From NCBI RefSeq assembly GCF_009734345.1, contig NZ_CP032551.1, positions 1,590,001-1,622,000 of the forward strand: a stretch of DNA of 32,000 nucleotides. The letters run 5' to 3'. The position numbers and the translations under genes were made by a program. This document shows positions 10,020 to 18,936 of this stretch, piece by piece; position 1 is the stretch's first letter, and each line of letters opens with the position of its first letter. The notes under the pieces are model-generated. The model worked only from the letters and a program-made list of their open reading frames with translations, did not search any database and was not told where the DNA came from. This DNA is from Pseudidiomarina andamanensis. GTDB taxonomy: Bacteria > Pseudomonadota > Gammaproteobacteria > Enterobacterales > Alteromonadaceae.

Positions 10020-11642
10020 ATGAAAACAACAAAAATACTTGGCTCATTGAGCCTCATCAGCCTTTCTGCTTTATTCTCGCCTTCAAGTTATAGTTCCGAT
10101 GTATTGGTTTCAGCCGATTTTAATGTCGGGCAAGGCTTTAATTATTTGGTTAACGGCACCTGCTATGTGGTGACACCGAAACACGTCATGGGCGACGCCA
10201 CTACTGCGAATATTATGCTACCAACTCGGCAGTACTTCACCGCAGACTTAGCACATGTATTTGATGTCGACATGGCAGTTCTTGAATCGAACATTCCTGA
10301 GGCGCAATGTAATCGAAATACATTTTTACAGGTCAGCGATTTAAAGAAGCTCTTGGAAGTTTATCAAACAGGTGTTCTCAAAACGCGTTTGGCTGATGGC
10401 AGTGTATTGCAATCGAAAATCGTGATTAATACCGTAGATGAAACAGAGTACCTAGCGATAAAACCCGAACGTGCAGACGAGCCATTCAAGCAGGGTTATA
10501 GCGGCAGCATTTTGTTTGTGGCAGAACAGGCTGCGGGTGTATTACTTGAAGTGGATGATGAAGGCGGTGTGGTTTATCGGGCAGATGCACTGACAGGTAT
10601 GCTGGATGAACATTTTGGTGTTAACGACGAGCCTGAGGCAACAGAAACAGCGACTACTGAAGAGACAAACGCAGATGATTCAGCGGTAACCACGAATTCG
10701 CATTTGACAGGTCGGTTAGCGAAAAACCAAATTAAAGATCATGAAGTGAAAATGCTGGAAAATAGTCCGGTCGAGTTTGTATTGAAGGCTACTGAAGGCA
10801 ATCAGATGCAATTCTCAATCCTGATTATGGATCGTCGTGAAAATAAGCTTCTCGATTACAAATTTTATAGTACTAACGACTATAACTTTGCGTTTACACC
10901 ACCTAAGTCAGATACATATATTGTTCGACTTTTAGGGGTAAGTTCATTTGGTGAATTCGATATTAAGCTTAATGATTTTGCATTCGATGCAGAGCTTCGT
11001 GGCGACGGTAATAGTTTTCAGATACCGACCACAATAACGCCAAAAGTTGCGAAGGATTCCATAGCCGAATATAGATTTAATGGTGAAACTAACAGTCCCA
11101 TAGAGATGTTGTTTAATGAGGTTAACGGGCAACAGTTTAGATATGCTGCGCATATATTGAATAGCGCCGATGAAGTGCTCCGAGAATATGAGTTTTACTC
11201 TACAAATAGTTACGCCTATGCATTCACGCCGCCAACAAACGACGAATATACTTTGAGACTTTTTGGCACTCGTCATTACGGTACAACCAATATCGGCATT
11301 ACGCAGTGGGTAACTGATGCTGAACTCAAGGGTGCGCAGAACGTTGTCGTTGCCGGTGAAATGATGACCGGAAAACTTGCATATAACGCAGTTGCAGAAT
11401 ATCGAATGATGATGAAAGCAAACGCACCGATCGACTTCAAATTTGAACCGAACTCAGGCGATATGAGATATCGTCTCGAGATTTTTGATGAAACCGGTGA
11501 AAGAAAATACAGCGATGAGTTTTATACAAATAACGAATATCGTATTGTGTTTACCCCATTATCTTCCGACGTACACCTTATTCGTTTAACCGGAATAAAA
11601 AGTCATGGTAACTACACCATTAAGTTGTTTGACTATGATTAA
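10020..11642 (+). CDS. Secreted chymotrypsin-fold (Trypsin_2-like) serine peptidase with an acidic linker and three 110-aa PPC-like repeats
   Basis: 540-aa ORF with signal-like N-terminus MKTTKILGSLSLISLSALFS. Ordered triad contexts: CYVVTPKHV (His55, 10182-10184), DVDMAVLE (Asp84, 10269-10271) and GYSGSILF (Ser161, 10500-10502). Thr/Glu/Asp-rich linker, then three repeats. Confidence 0.7.
   Translation: MKTTKILGSLSLISLSALFSPSSYSSDVLVSADFNVGQGFNYLVNGTCYVVTPKHVMGDATTANIMLPTRQYFTADLAHVFDVDMAVLESNIPEAQCNRNTFLQVSDLKKLLEVYQTGVLKTRLADGSVLQSKIVINTVDETEYLAIKPERADEPFKQGYSGSILFVAEQAAGVLLEVDDEGGVVYRADALTGMLDEHFGVNDEPEATETATTEETNADDSAVTTNSHLTGRLAKNQIKDHEVKMLENSPVEFVLKATEGNQMQFSILIMDRRENKLLDYKFYSTNDYNFAFTPPKSDTYIVRLLGVSSFGEFDIKLNDFAFDAELRGDGNSFQIPTTITPKVAKDSIAEYRFNGETNSPIEMLFNEVNGQQFRYAAHILNSADEVLREYEFYSTNSYAYAFTPPTNDEYTLRLFGTRHYGTTNIGITQWVTDAELKGAQNVVVAGEMMTGKLAYNAVAEYRMMMKANAPIDFKFEPNSGDMRYRLEIFDETGERKYSDEFYTNNEYRIVFTPLSSDVHLIRLTGIKSHGNYTIKLFDYD
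10707..11639 (+). repeat. Three tandem protein-level repeats with an exact 110-aa period (starting at residues 230, 340 and 450) inside the 10020 gene
   Basis: Aligned anchors: TGRLAKNQIKDH / TPKVAKDSIAEY / TGKLAYNAVAEY; NSPVEF / NSPIEM / NAPIDF; FYSTNDYNFAFTPP / FYSTNSYAYAFTPP / FYTNNEYRIVFTPL; YIVRLLG / YTLRLFG / HLIRLTG. The nucleotide sequences are strongly diverged. Confidence 0.75.
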
Positions 11643-12309
11643 ACGTCTAGCTGCGGTTGCTGTACTTGTTGCTAGCTTGGGTTTGGCGCAAGCGAATCAG
11701 GTGAGTGAGTTTACCGAGTCATATAGCGAAACGGTGAAGGTGTCTGGGCAATTTTTGAAAGGGTTACAGTTCACCGATGTGGATTATGCCGTTGCGCCTC
11801 ACCTTTACTTTCCAAGTGTTTATCAGGGGCCGGTTTGTATTTATGTCAGTAGCGCAGATGGTCGATACAAATCGCAATATCAATATACCTTGACTGAACC
11901 CACGGAAGGATTAGTCAGTATTGAGTTCCCCACACAGTATATTAATGAACTAGAAGAGTTTTCGCCTGGCGAATTAGGCTTGCTCGCAAACGCACAACAA
12001 GATTGTTCATCATTAAACGGTAACTATTTAGTGGGTTCTTGGGGAATGCCAAAATCCATGACGAATATCGCCGTATTTCTTCGTAGTAATGCTCGTCGGG
12101 ATGTAGCAACCATTTTTGGTCGTGATGATGGCGAAAATAAGACCGCACCCATCACGGTAAAATGCCAAGATCTACGAAGTAATTATCGCGTTTCTTACGA
12201 CAAAGAATGCGTGTTACAGGGTGTTAATACCAATCAGATGACACGAGTGGTTATTAAACGTCGAAACTTACGCGCAATGCCAGATGAAGTGGTTGAGTTA
12301 TTTCAATGA
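11635..12309 (+). CDS. Hypothetical secreted protein with four cysteines
   Basis: The ORF track starts at 11605. I prefer the in-frame ATG at 11635, which gives a canonical Sec signal MIKRLAAVAVLVASLGLAQA-NQ and overlaps the upstream stop (ATGATTAA). I recognise no family. Confidence 0.65.
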   Translation: MIKRLAAVAVLVASLGLAQANQVSEFTESYSETVKVSGQFLKGLQFTDVDYAVAPHLYFPSVYQGPVCIYVSSADGRYKSQYQYTLTEPTEGLVSIEFPTQYINELEEFSPGELGLLANAQQDCSSLNGNYLVGSWGMPKSMTNIAVFLRSNARRDVATIFGRDDGENKTAPITVKCQDLRSNYRVSYDKECVLQGVNTNQMTRVVIKRRNLRAMPDEVVELFQ

Positions 12310-13250
12310 AACCACTCAATTTCAAAACATTATTCCGTAAAACCGCAAAATTTTTATTCGGAATTTTTCTCACTAACGAAGATTTACCTTATTCCGCAAC
12401 TGAGTTTCGTGACCGTATCGCGCAAAGCTCACTGCGTTGGCTATTGCATATTTTAGTGGGATTATTTTGGCTGCTATTAGCCTACATTGTTTTCATTTCT
12501 CTTCGGTTTATCAGTACCCCCGATACGCTCTACAACGTTACAGCACGTTCCGAAATTATTGCCATTGATTCATTCCAAAATAGTGCATTTGTTCCGTGGC
12601 AACTTGAAGGCGTTACACGTTATGCACAATGTGGCAGCGAAACGTCTCTTGTATCTGGACAACTTCAAGTAGCACAGGATACGTCGGTGTATATTGAGCG
12701 AATTGGGACGGATTCTGTGTGGATAACCTTAAGCTCAGCAACGCTAGCACCCGTAGGCTTTATACAAACTCGTAACGAGCGTATTGAATTAAGTGATTGT
12801 GAAGCTTTTGAGTTACAGGCTTCGGCAAACAACAGTTATACGCTGCCTATAGATGGCGTCATGACCATTGGCGGTGAAGTAAAAGAAGCATCAGCGCGTG
12901 AGCCTATACTGCATCGAGGTTCTGTCGCAATTTCTGATAAAGGCGCTTGGTCGGGTCAATATTATCAAACCGAGCCATATGCACTTGAATTAGGCGATAA
13001 GTTTTTTATTCAGAACCCGTCTATTCAAAGCTCTGGATTTATTTATGTTGATGATTCGCCGGGTATGCAGATTACATTCAATGGAAAAGGCGACGCCGGT
13101 GTTATTCAACGCTATAAATCTGAAGATATTATTCTAAAGAATAGTATTTGGACGAAATTAGCCCACGACGAGAGTTTGTTGTTTCTCTGGCTATTTCTCG
13201 TTGCTGCCTTTTCGCTCCTGAAATTTGTTATTCGGGTGAATATTGAATAG
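12306..13250 (+). CDS. Hypothetical membrane protein: N-proximal TM, about 230-aa extracytoplasmic beta-rich domain, C-terminal TM
   Basis: 314-aa ORF with an ATGA overlap onto the upstream gene. TM segments WLLHILVGLFWLLLAYIVFISL and LLFLWLFLVAAFSLLKFVI. Two Cys in the central domain. I recognise no family. Confidence 0.7.
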   Translation: MKPLNFKTLFRKTAKFLFGIFLTNEDLPYSATEFRDRIAQSSLRWLLHILVGLFWLLLAYIVFISLRFISTPDTLYNVTARSEIIAIDSFQNSAFVPWQLEGVTRYAQCGSETSLVSGQLQVAQDTSVYIERIGTDSVWITLSSATLAPVGFIQTRNERIELSDCEAFELQASANNSYTLPIDGVMTIGGEVKEASAREPILHRGSVAISDKGAWSGQYYQTEPYALELGDKFFIQNPSIQSSGFIYVDDSPGMQITFNGKGDAGVIQRYKSEDIILKNSIWTKLAHDESLLFLWLFLVAAFSLLKFVIRVNIE

Positions 13251-13254
13251 CCAC

Positions 13255-14298
13255 TCAAGGCATACCAAGTACTTGATCTCGCCCTCCGTGTTTAGCGCGA
13301 TATAAATTTTCGTCAGCGCTAAGTAGTAACTGATCGATGGTATCGGTGCCATTGTTTGTATACGTTGCCGTGCCGATACTTACCGTGATGTGAATATTAT
13401 TTTCGATAGCTTCAGCGCGCACATTTTCAATAATTCTCTGGCCTAATTGCATCGCTTGTTGTTGATTGGTATTCGGGCAAATAACTAAAAATTCTTCACC
13501 GCCCCAACGGCCTAAAGAATCCGTTTCACGAATTGTGTCGCGTAGCACATCACAAAGTTTGATCAGAACTTTGTCTCCGATGAGATGACCATACTTGTCA
13601 TTCACGTCTTTAAAATGGTCGACGTCGAGAAGCAACACGGATACCGGTTGATTAGCCCGATTAGCCTGAGAAATTACCGCGCTTAAGGTGTTATCTAAAT
13701 GTAATCGGTTAAATACTTTTGTGAGAGGATCCGTAATCGCGGTTTTTTGTAATTGGTCGTAGGCTTCTTGACGTGAGTTTTCATAAAAACGAAATAGAAA
13801 TACCTGTGCGGTGGCTACTTCAATAAAATTAAATAGCGCTCCTAAGCTCAAATTAGCAGTGACTTGCTGATTAATGAGTTGATACATGTACCAACTACAA
13901 TATCCTAATATTATGGCGCTTACCCAAGAGCCATCACGCCGCCCTAATAAAAAGAACGCGAAAGGCGGTAAAATAGTTACCCACATTAATGAGTAATTAC
14001 GTCCTTCAGCGAGATGAACAAACGCTAATAAAATGGTGGCAATCGCAATTATGACGGCCCAACTGGCAACTTTGAAATTTCCGCCCTTGTTCACAAACCA
14101 GAGAATAGATACCGCGAGGGTAAGGCCAAGATAATCGAAGAATGCAATTTCGGGGGCATCAAATAACGTGATGTTGAGCGTGCCAATAATTCCGAAATAG
14201 GCAATCATAATCAGCAAAATGCTGTAAATCAGCGAGACTTGTTTGTAGCGCGGATCGGCTGCATCAATATCGGGATGGTATTTGCGCCAAAATTTCAT
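13255..14298 (-). CDS. Diguanylate cyclase with a polytopic N-terminal membrane domain; GGEEF active site and RxxD I-site
   Basis: 347-aa ORF with about 5-6 TM segments. Motifs DPLTKVFNRLHLD, DVDHFKDVNDKYGH, RETD-SLGRW-GGEEF (GGEEF at 13489-13503) and LYRAKHGGRD. Confidence 0.9.
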   Translation of the reverse strand: MKFWRKYHPDIDAADPRYKQVSLIYSILLIMIAYFGIIGTLNITLFDAPEIAFFDYLGLTLAVSILWFVNKGGNFKVASWAVIIAIATILLAFVHLAEGRNYSLMWVTILPPFAFFLLGRRDGSWVSAIILGYCSWYMYQLINQQVTANLSLGALFNFIEVATAQVFLFRFYENSRQEAYDQLQKTAITDPLTKVFNRLHLDNTLSAVISQANRANQPVSVLLLDVDHFKDVNDKYGHLIGDKVLIKLCDVLRDTIRETDSLGRWGGEEFLVICPNTNQQQAMQLGQRIIENVRAEAIENNIHITVSIGTATYTNNGTDTIDQLLLSADENLYRAKHGGRDQVLGMP

Positions 14299-14433
14299 AA
14301 CGTCACTTTACATTGTTATTTTGAATATCCTAGCTGTGTTTTTAACGAATTGGAATTAACTTTGTGAATGACTAGCCGAAAGTCTTAATCCGTGATTTCA
14401 TGGTGGCAATACCGCATATATTTTAGGTGCACA

Positions 14434-15234
14434 ATGAACGAAACTAACCAAGTCAAATTGCTAAGAAGTGCCATTATTTTGGGCATCACATTATTAGTTT
14501 GTGGGCACATTGTGCTTGGCGTGACGTTTGCTAGTGACAGTATTGGCCACCAAGGATTTATTTTAGGCGCAGCGCTTAGTGCATTCGGCGTTGTTCTCTC
14601 ATTACCAACTAAAATTTATTTAACGCTATTACTGATGGAACACGAAGAGAAAACCAACCCCAATTTCACGCGTTCTGCCGACGGTCAGGCACGTCGTGGT
14701 ATTTCTGTTGCGCATATTCGAACAGCAACCGAAGAAGACGCCGCGCGCCTTTCAGAAATCGCTCGACAAACCTTCGTCGATACCTTCGCGGCGGATAATA
14801 CCGAAGAGAACATGCAGATGCACTGCGACACGACTTATAGTGAAGCGTTGCAACTGGCGGAAATTCAAGATCCGAATCGATTAACACTGTTGGCAACACA
14901 CGAATGGAACATTGTCGGATTTGTGCAGTTGCGCTGGGGCAATACGCCGGAATGCGTTCAAGCTAAATCAGCTGGCGAACTGCAGCGTTTGTATGTCGAC
15001 AAAGACTGGCATGGTAAAGGTATCGCACAAGATTTAATGCAGGCGGCTATTGATGCCATGCTGCGCAAAGGTAACGACGTGATGTGGCTGGGCGTGTGGG
15101 AGCATAACCCGCGCGCCATTGCGTTTTATAAAAAGACTGGATTTATCGAGGTTGGCTCACATGTGTTCCCGCTGGGAAATGACCCACAGCGGGATATTAT
15201 TATGATGAAACCGTTGGCCGACGCTACCGAATAA
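14434..15234 (+). CDS. GNAT-family N-acetyltransferase with an N-terminal two-TM extension
   Basis: The ORF track starts at GTG 14392. ATG 14434 has AGGTG 5-6 nt upstream. GNAT core LQRLYVDKDWHGKGIAQDLM and NPRAIAFYKKTGF. The N-terminal roughly 70 aa are hydrophobic. An internal start at MEHEEK cannot be excluded. Confidence 0.75.
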   Translation: MNETNQVKLLRSAIILGITLLVCGHIVLGVTFASDSIGHQGFILGAALSAFGVVLSLPTKIYLTLLLMEHEEKTNPNFTRSADGQARRGISVAHIRTATEEDAARLSEIARQTFVDTFAADNTEENMQMHCDTTYSEALQLAEIQDPNRLTLLATHEWNIVGFVQLRWGNTPECVQAKSAGELQRLYVDKDWHGKGIAQDLMQAAIDAMLRKGNDVMWLGVWEHNPRAIAFYKKTGFIEVGSHVFPLGNDPQRDIIMMKPLADATE

Positions 15235-16420
15235 TTGGTGACAGTACCTTAGCGTCACCATCAATTTCCGTCATCAGGTCAAGTTCGAGCAACTTCGCCA
15301 TAAACGGATAAATATGAATGTTGCTGAAGCGCTTAATTTGCGTACCCTGCTGAATCGCAGGACCTGCTGCTACGAATAAACCGTCCATATCACGGCTTGA
15401 ATGGAAACCGTGGGTGCCGCCATCTTTGCGCTGTTCCTCCGGACGCGTGGTGAAGGTTGCTGGTGCCTGAGTGCCTAGCACAATGGCTGGCTTACGCGGT
15501 CCATCAGATACGCCAAGTTGCGCTAAGGTCTGTTCAGACTCAATGACAAAGTTACCTTGTTTCTGCTGCAAGCGCTGTTCCAGCTGCTGAATTTGCTCCG
15601 ACGATGTGTCTTCTTTCGGGTAAATCATCAATCGTGTCGATGCGTTGACGACCTCAAATAGTTCTTCATTAATTTCTAGTTCATTCACATCAATCATGTC
15701 TTTCGCGGTAATTTGCGACATGCCGTGATCAGACACCAAAATTAGGTTTACAGGAACATCGGTTTCGTCCTGAATACGTTGCCACAGTTCGCCGACAAGT
15801 TCATCGACATGCTTCACAGCTTTTGCCACTTGATGTGACTCTGGGCCAAAACGGTGCCCCATGGTATCGACAATCGAAAAATAACCGGTAACCAAACGCG
15901 GACGTGCCACCTCAGGTAACTTCAACCACTCAACCATTTGGTTTATGCGCTGACGATTCGGTGCCGGCGTGCTGTAGTTGAAATAGTAGCTTGGTGTACG
16001 ACCATTGATGCGCGCTTCCGATTCTGGCCAGAAAAATGTGGCCGCTTTAACGCCCTGAAATTCAGCAAGGTTCCAAATCGGCAACGTGGTCAGCCAAGTG
16101 CTGTCTTTCACACCATCGCCCATTTTGTAGCGCTGCTGACGCTCAGTATCGTAGAAGTTGTTATCAACAATGCCGTGATTCGATGGGTACTGACCGGTCA
16201 CAATTGAAATATGGTTCGGGAAAGTCTTTGACGGATAAACCGGAATCAAGCCCTCACTGCGAACACCCTGCTCAGCAATTTTGGCAATGTTTGGCGCGCC
16301 ATGCAGCTCAATATAATCGTGGCGAAAACCGTCAATTGAAATCAACACCACGGTCTGCTCTTCCGCCGCCTGCACCTGCAAACAGGCCAGCGCCAGCAGC
16401 ATCCCAACCACATGTTTCAT
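15224..16420 (-). CDS. Secreted nucleotide pyrophosphatase/phosphodiesterase (NPP, alkaline-phosphatase superfamily)
   Basis: 398-aa ORF with signal peptide MKHVVGMLLALACLQVQA. Motifs ISIDGFRHDY, nucleophile context SKTFPNHISIVTG, and VSDHGM. Confidence 0.85.
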   Translation of the reverse strand: MKHVVGMLLALACLQVQAAEEQTVVLISIDGFRHDYIELHGAPNIAKIAEQGVRSEGLIPVYPSKTFPNHISIVTGQYPSNHGIVDNNFYDTERQQRYKMGDGVKDSTWLTTLPIWNLAEFQGVKAATFFWPESEARINGRTPSYYFNYSTPAPNRQRINQMVEWLKLPEVARPRLVTGYFSIVDTMGHRFGPESHQVAKAVKHVDELVGELWQRIQDETDVPVNLILVSDHGMSQITAKDMIDVNELEINEELFEVVNASTRLMIYPKEDTSSEQIQQLEQRLQQKQGNFVIESEQTLAQLGVSDGPRKPAIVLGTQAPATFTTRPEEQRKDGGTHGFHSSRDMDGLFVAAGPAIQQGTQIKRFSNIHIYPFMAKLLELDLMTEIDGDAKVLSPIIR

Positions 16421-16490
16421 CTATCTTTCTCGATTAGTTAATAATGCCGCAAAGTTTACCACAGCTTTATGACATTGGTGTGTAGGAGGT

Positions 16491-16516
16491 GGGGTGCAGT
16501 CCAAGGACTGCACCCC
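16491..16516 (-). terminator. GC-rich hairpin immediately downstream of dabA
   Basis: GGGGTGCAGTCC-aa-GGACTGCACCCC, a perfect 12-bp palindrome ending 2 nt from the dabA stop. No U-run follows, so its terminator function is inferred. Confidence 0.5.
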
Positions 16517-16518
16517 AC

Positions 16519-18936
16519 TTAATGCTTATAACGGCGAGGGGTTTCGCCGGGCTCGGGGAGTTGGAATATATAGAGCCAGTCATTGCCAACAAGCTGTTGA
16601 AGTATTTCATGCTCGGCGACAATCGCAGCGATGCGCTCCATTGGGGCATCAATGTACACGCTCAGGCGCAGTGGCTCGTGACGATATTGCTGGCCGTCGT
16701 GAATCGATTGCCAGGCGAGGCCGATACGTAAGTCACCACCATTACCTTCAAACACACCCAAGCGGCCGCCCACCACGTTGTGCAGGGTTTTATTGCCGCT
16801 GCCGAAACGCTGATTATCCACCGTCGAGCCGAAATACTGCAGATTAATCCAATTCGTCACAATCATTGGCGCCGTCATAATTTGCGTAAGCACAGCACCG
16901 TCGGCATCTTGCTCAGGGTGATAATCATGCAAGAAGCTCCGCCCTGCTAAACAGAGCCCGCGGGTACGCTCACGCGGCGCAATCACAAATGCCGCATTAT
17001 TGGTTAAGCCCCACTCTGGGCGAGTCTGCGACCAGTCATAAGCGCGACGAACAAACGCTGAACGACGTTTATCAAGGCTCGCCTCGACAAGCTCCAAACC
17101 TAAAGTTGGTGCTCGCTCTAGTCGTGCTGCATCACTGGCGCGCGCCAAGTGCAGCTCAACTTGTGCCAACTGCGATTGCCAACTGGCCGGCACCGCATTA
17201 GCTTCATACAAGGTCACATCTTCTGTGGTGGTATTGTGCAAAGCTGCCATAAAATAGGTGGTTTTTGGAATGATAATGCCACGCTCGACCAAGCCGCGAC
17301 GAATCTCTTTATGATTCAACAACTGTGCTAATGCGCGGGCGTTCACTTCGCCGGTTTGGCCACAACACGCGCCACAATCCAAACCTGCCCGCTGCGGATT
17401 ATTCTGGCTAGTACTGCCGTGCCCTACCAACAAAACCAATGGTGCAAAACCTGATGTCAGGCCCATACCCGTCAACACGCCAGCAGCAAGATCCACACGC
17501 GCTGGCAGAACTTCGGCATCCACGCTCAAAGTCGGGCGTAACGAACAGCTGTCGTCTTCCGAAAGTCCGAGATTATCAATGCCGTTATTATCTGCTTTAA
17601 AGAAGCTCGCCTTCAGTAACTTACCTAAGTACCCCATGCCCAGCGTTTCCACCAAGCTAAATGACGAAGCTGGTACATTACTAAACGGCCACAAACTGGC
17701 TTTTTCTTGTAATTTCACGCGACGAATCGTTGCTAGCTCGACATCTTTCGAAGCATCACCGCTGCTATCGGTCACATTCAAACTCGGTGCCAACAAGCCC
17801 GGCAACTGCGCACGAGTGCTCTGTGTACCCAACGGGGTATAATCAATTGGCAGCCCGAAGAACCCAGCAAAACCGCCAGTGCGAATACCGTCAGATTGCG
17901 CTTCAAAGTGACGGCGAAACACTTCTGAGCGCACATCAATACAGAAATATGCTTGTACTTCTGGCGTATCGGAAGCATTCAACGGCTTCTGCATCAACAC
18001 CTGCGCCAGCTGTTCCTGATAAGCCATTTCATGCGCGCGCTGCCACACCAGCAATTTGCTGCGTGACAAGGAATCATAATCACCGATTTTGTCCCACAGT
18101 GCGCGCCAACGCACCCAAACGCTGTCGTCTTCGCGACCGCCACTGTCAACCAACCATTCCCAGCTTGCGCGAATCGCCAGTAACTCCATCAACGAGGTAT
18201 CGGTTTCGCCGCGCAAGTTCGCTTGCCACGCGCGATACGAGCAGGCTGCCGCCCACCCACTCACACGCATGAGAACGGTTTCCAGCCATAAATCCCATTG
18301 TTCTGGTGGGATATTTAACGACTGCAGAACCTGCGTGAGTTGCTCAATCGGGTCGCTGTGCATGGCATCAGCACGCGCAATCAAATCATCGCTATGCATT
18401 AATACGCGAACGCTACGGTCATGGCGAATTTCATTCAACCAGCTTGCATATAGCGGTGAATCTTTATGTGGGTGCCACGCCGCTTGATATTCATCAAAAT
18501 AAGCCGCGCAAAATTGCGAGACTTGAAACGTCACCGTCTCATGCCAGCCTGGCTCATGACTTAAGTCGCGGGTTTTATCGTAGCAATCACTCAAAAGCGG
18601 TAGCGCCAGCGGTTTATAATTTTTGCCGCCTACAAAGCTGACCAAATGAGTCATCGAATGCTCAGAGCTCAGTTCATCCATGGCTTGTTGCAAATGCGAT
18701 TCTTGAATCACGCCATCTTGCCAAAGCTGCGCGTAGTAGTCGTTACGCATTGAAAGCGGTGATGCAGCCGTAAGCTCAAGTAACTTGGCTGCTTTAGAAA
18801 ACGGTTGATGCGACCGCCCCCAATATGGGTTCACCGCAATCATTTGATCTAACGGCCACGCCGGAGCAATATGCGCGCATGCCGCTGCAATAGCTGTTTC
18901 TACTTGGGCTCGTAAATCGTTTTGCACCTGACTCAT
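16519..18936 (-). CDS. dabA: DabA (DUF2309/MpsB-type) subunit of a DAB inorganic-carbon pump
   Basis: 805-aa ORF. Beta-carbonic-anhydrase-like ligand motifs FCIDVRSE (Cys332 at 17941-17943, Asp334, Arg336) and VGHGSTSQNNPQRAGLDCGACCGQ (His506 at 17419-17421, Cys521 at 17374-17376). ATGA overlap with the upstream NuoL-like gene. Confidence 0.85.
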   Translation of the reverse strand: MSQVQNDLRAQVETAIAAACAHIAPAWPLDQMIAVNPYWGRSHQPFSKAAKLLELTAASPLSMRNDYYAQLWQDGVIQESHLQQAMDELSSEHSMTHLVSFVGGKNYKPLALPLLSDCYDKTRDLSHEPGWHETVTFQVSQFCAAYFDEYQAAWHPHKDSPLYASWLNEIRHDRSVRVLMHSDDLIARADAMHSDPIEQLTQVLQSLNIPPEQWDLWLETVLMRVSGWAAACSYRAWQANLRGETDTSLMELLAIRASWEWLVDSGGREDDSVWVRWRALWDKIGDYDSLSRSKLLVWQRAHEMAYQEQLAQVLMQKPLNASDTPEVQAYFCIDVRSEVFRRHFEAQSDGIRTGGFAGFFGLPIDYTPLGTQSTRAQLPGLLAPSLNVTDSSGDASKDVELATIRRVKLQEKASLWPFSNVPASSFSLVETLGMGYLGKLLKASFFKADNNGIDNLGLSEDDSCSLRPTLSVDAEVLPARVDLAAGVLTGMGLTSGFAPLVLLVGHGSTSQNNPQRAGLDCGACCGQTGEVNARALAQLLNHKEIRRGLVERGIIIPKTTYFMAALHNTTTEDVTLYEANAVPASWQSQLAQVELHLARASDAARLERAPTLGLELVEASLDKRRSAFVRRAYDWSQTRPEWGLTNNAAFVIAPRERTRGLCLAGRSFLHDYHPEQDADGAVLTQIMTAPMIVTNWINLQYFGSTVDNQRFGSGNKTLHNVVGGRLGVFEGNGGDLRIGLAWQSIHDGQQYRHEPLRLSVYIDAPMERIAAIVAEHEILQQLVGNDWLYIFQLPEPGETPRRYKH

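Noticed and set aside
11605-11634. Upstream ATG start given by the ORF track for the second operon gene
   Set aside because: The in-frame ATG at 11635 yields a textbook signal peptide (MIKRLAAVAVLVASLGLAQA) and a coupled ATGATTAA junction. The extra 10 residues (MVTTPLSCLT) would lie wholly inside the upstream gene.
10707-11639. The triple repeat as a recent DNA-level tandem duplication or an assembly artefact
   Set aside because: The copies share only protein-level motifs and their nucleotide sequences differ extensively. The duplication is therefore ancient and not an assembly problem.
17730-18272. 180-aa plus-strand ORF (and several 60-130-aa neighbours) inside dabA
   Set aside because: It lies entirely antisense to a long ORF with strong family motifs. 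Its Arg/Ser/Cys/Pro-rich low-complexity composition is typical of the antisense frame of a GC-richer gene. There is no SD or recognisable domain.
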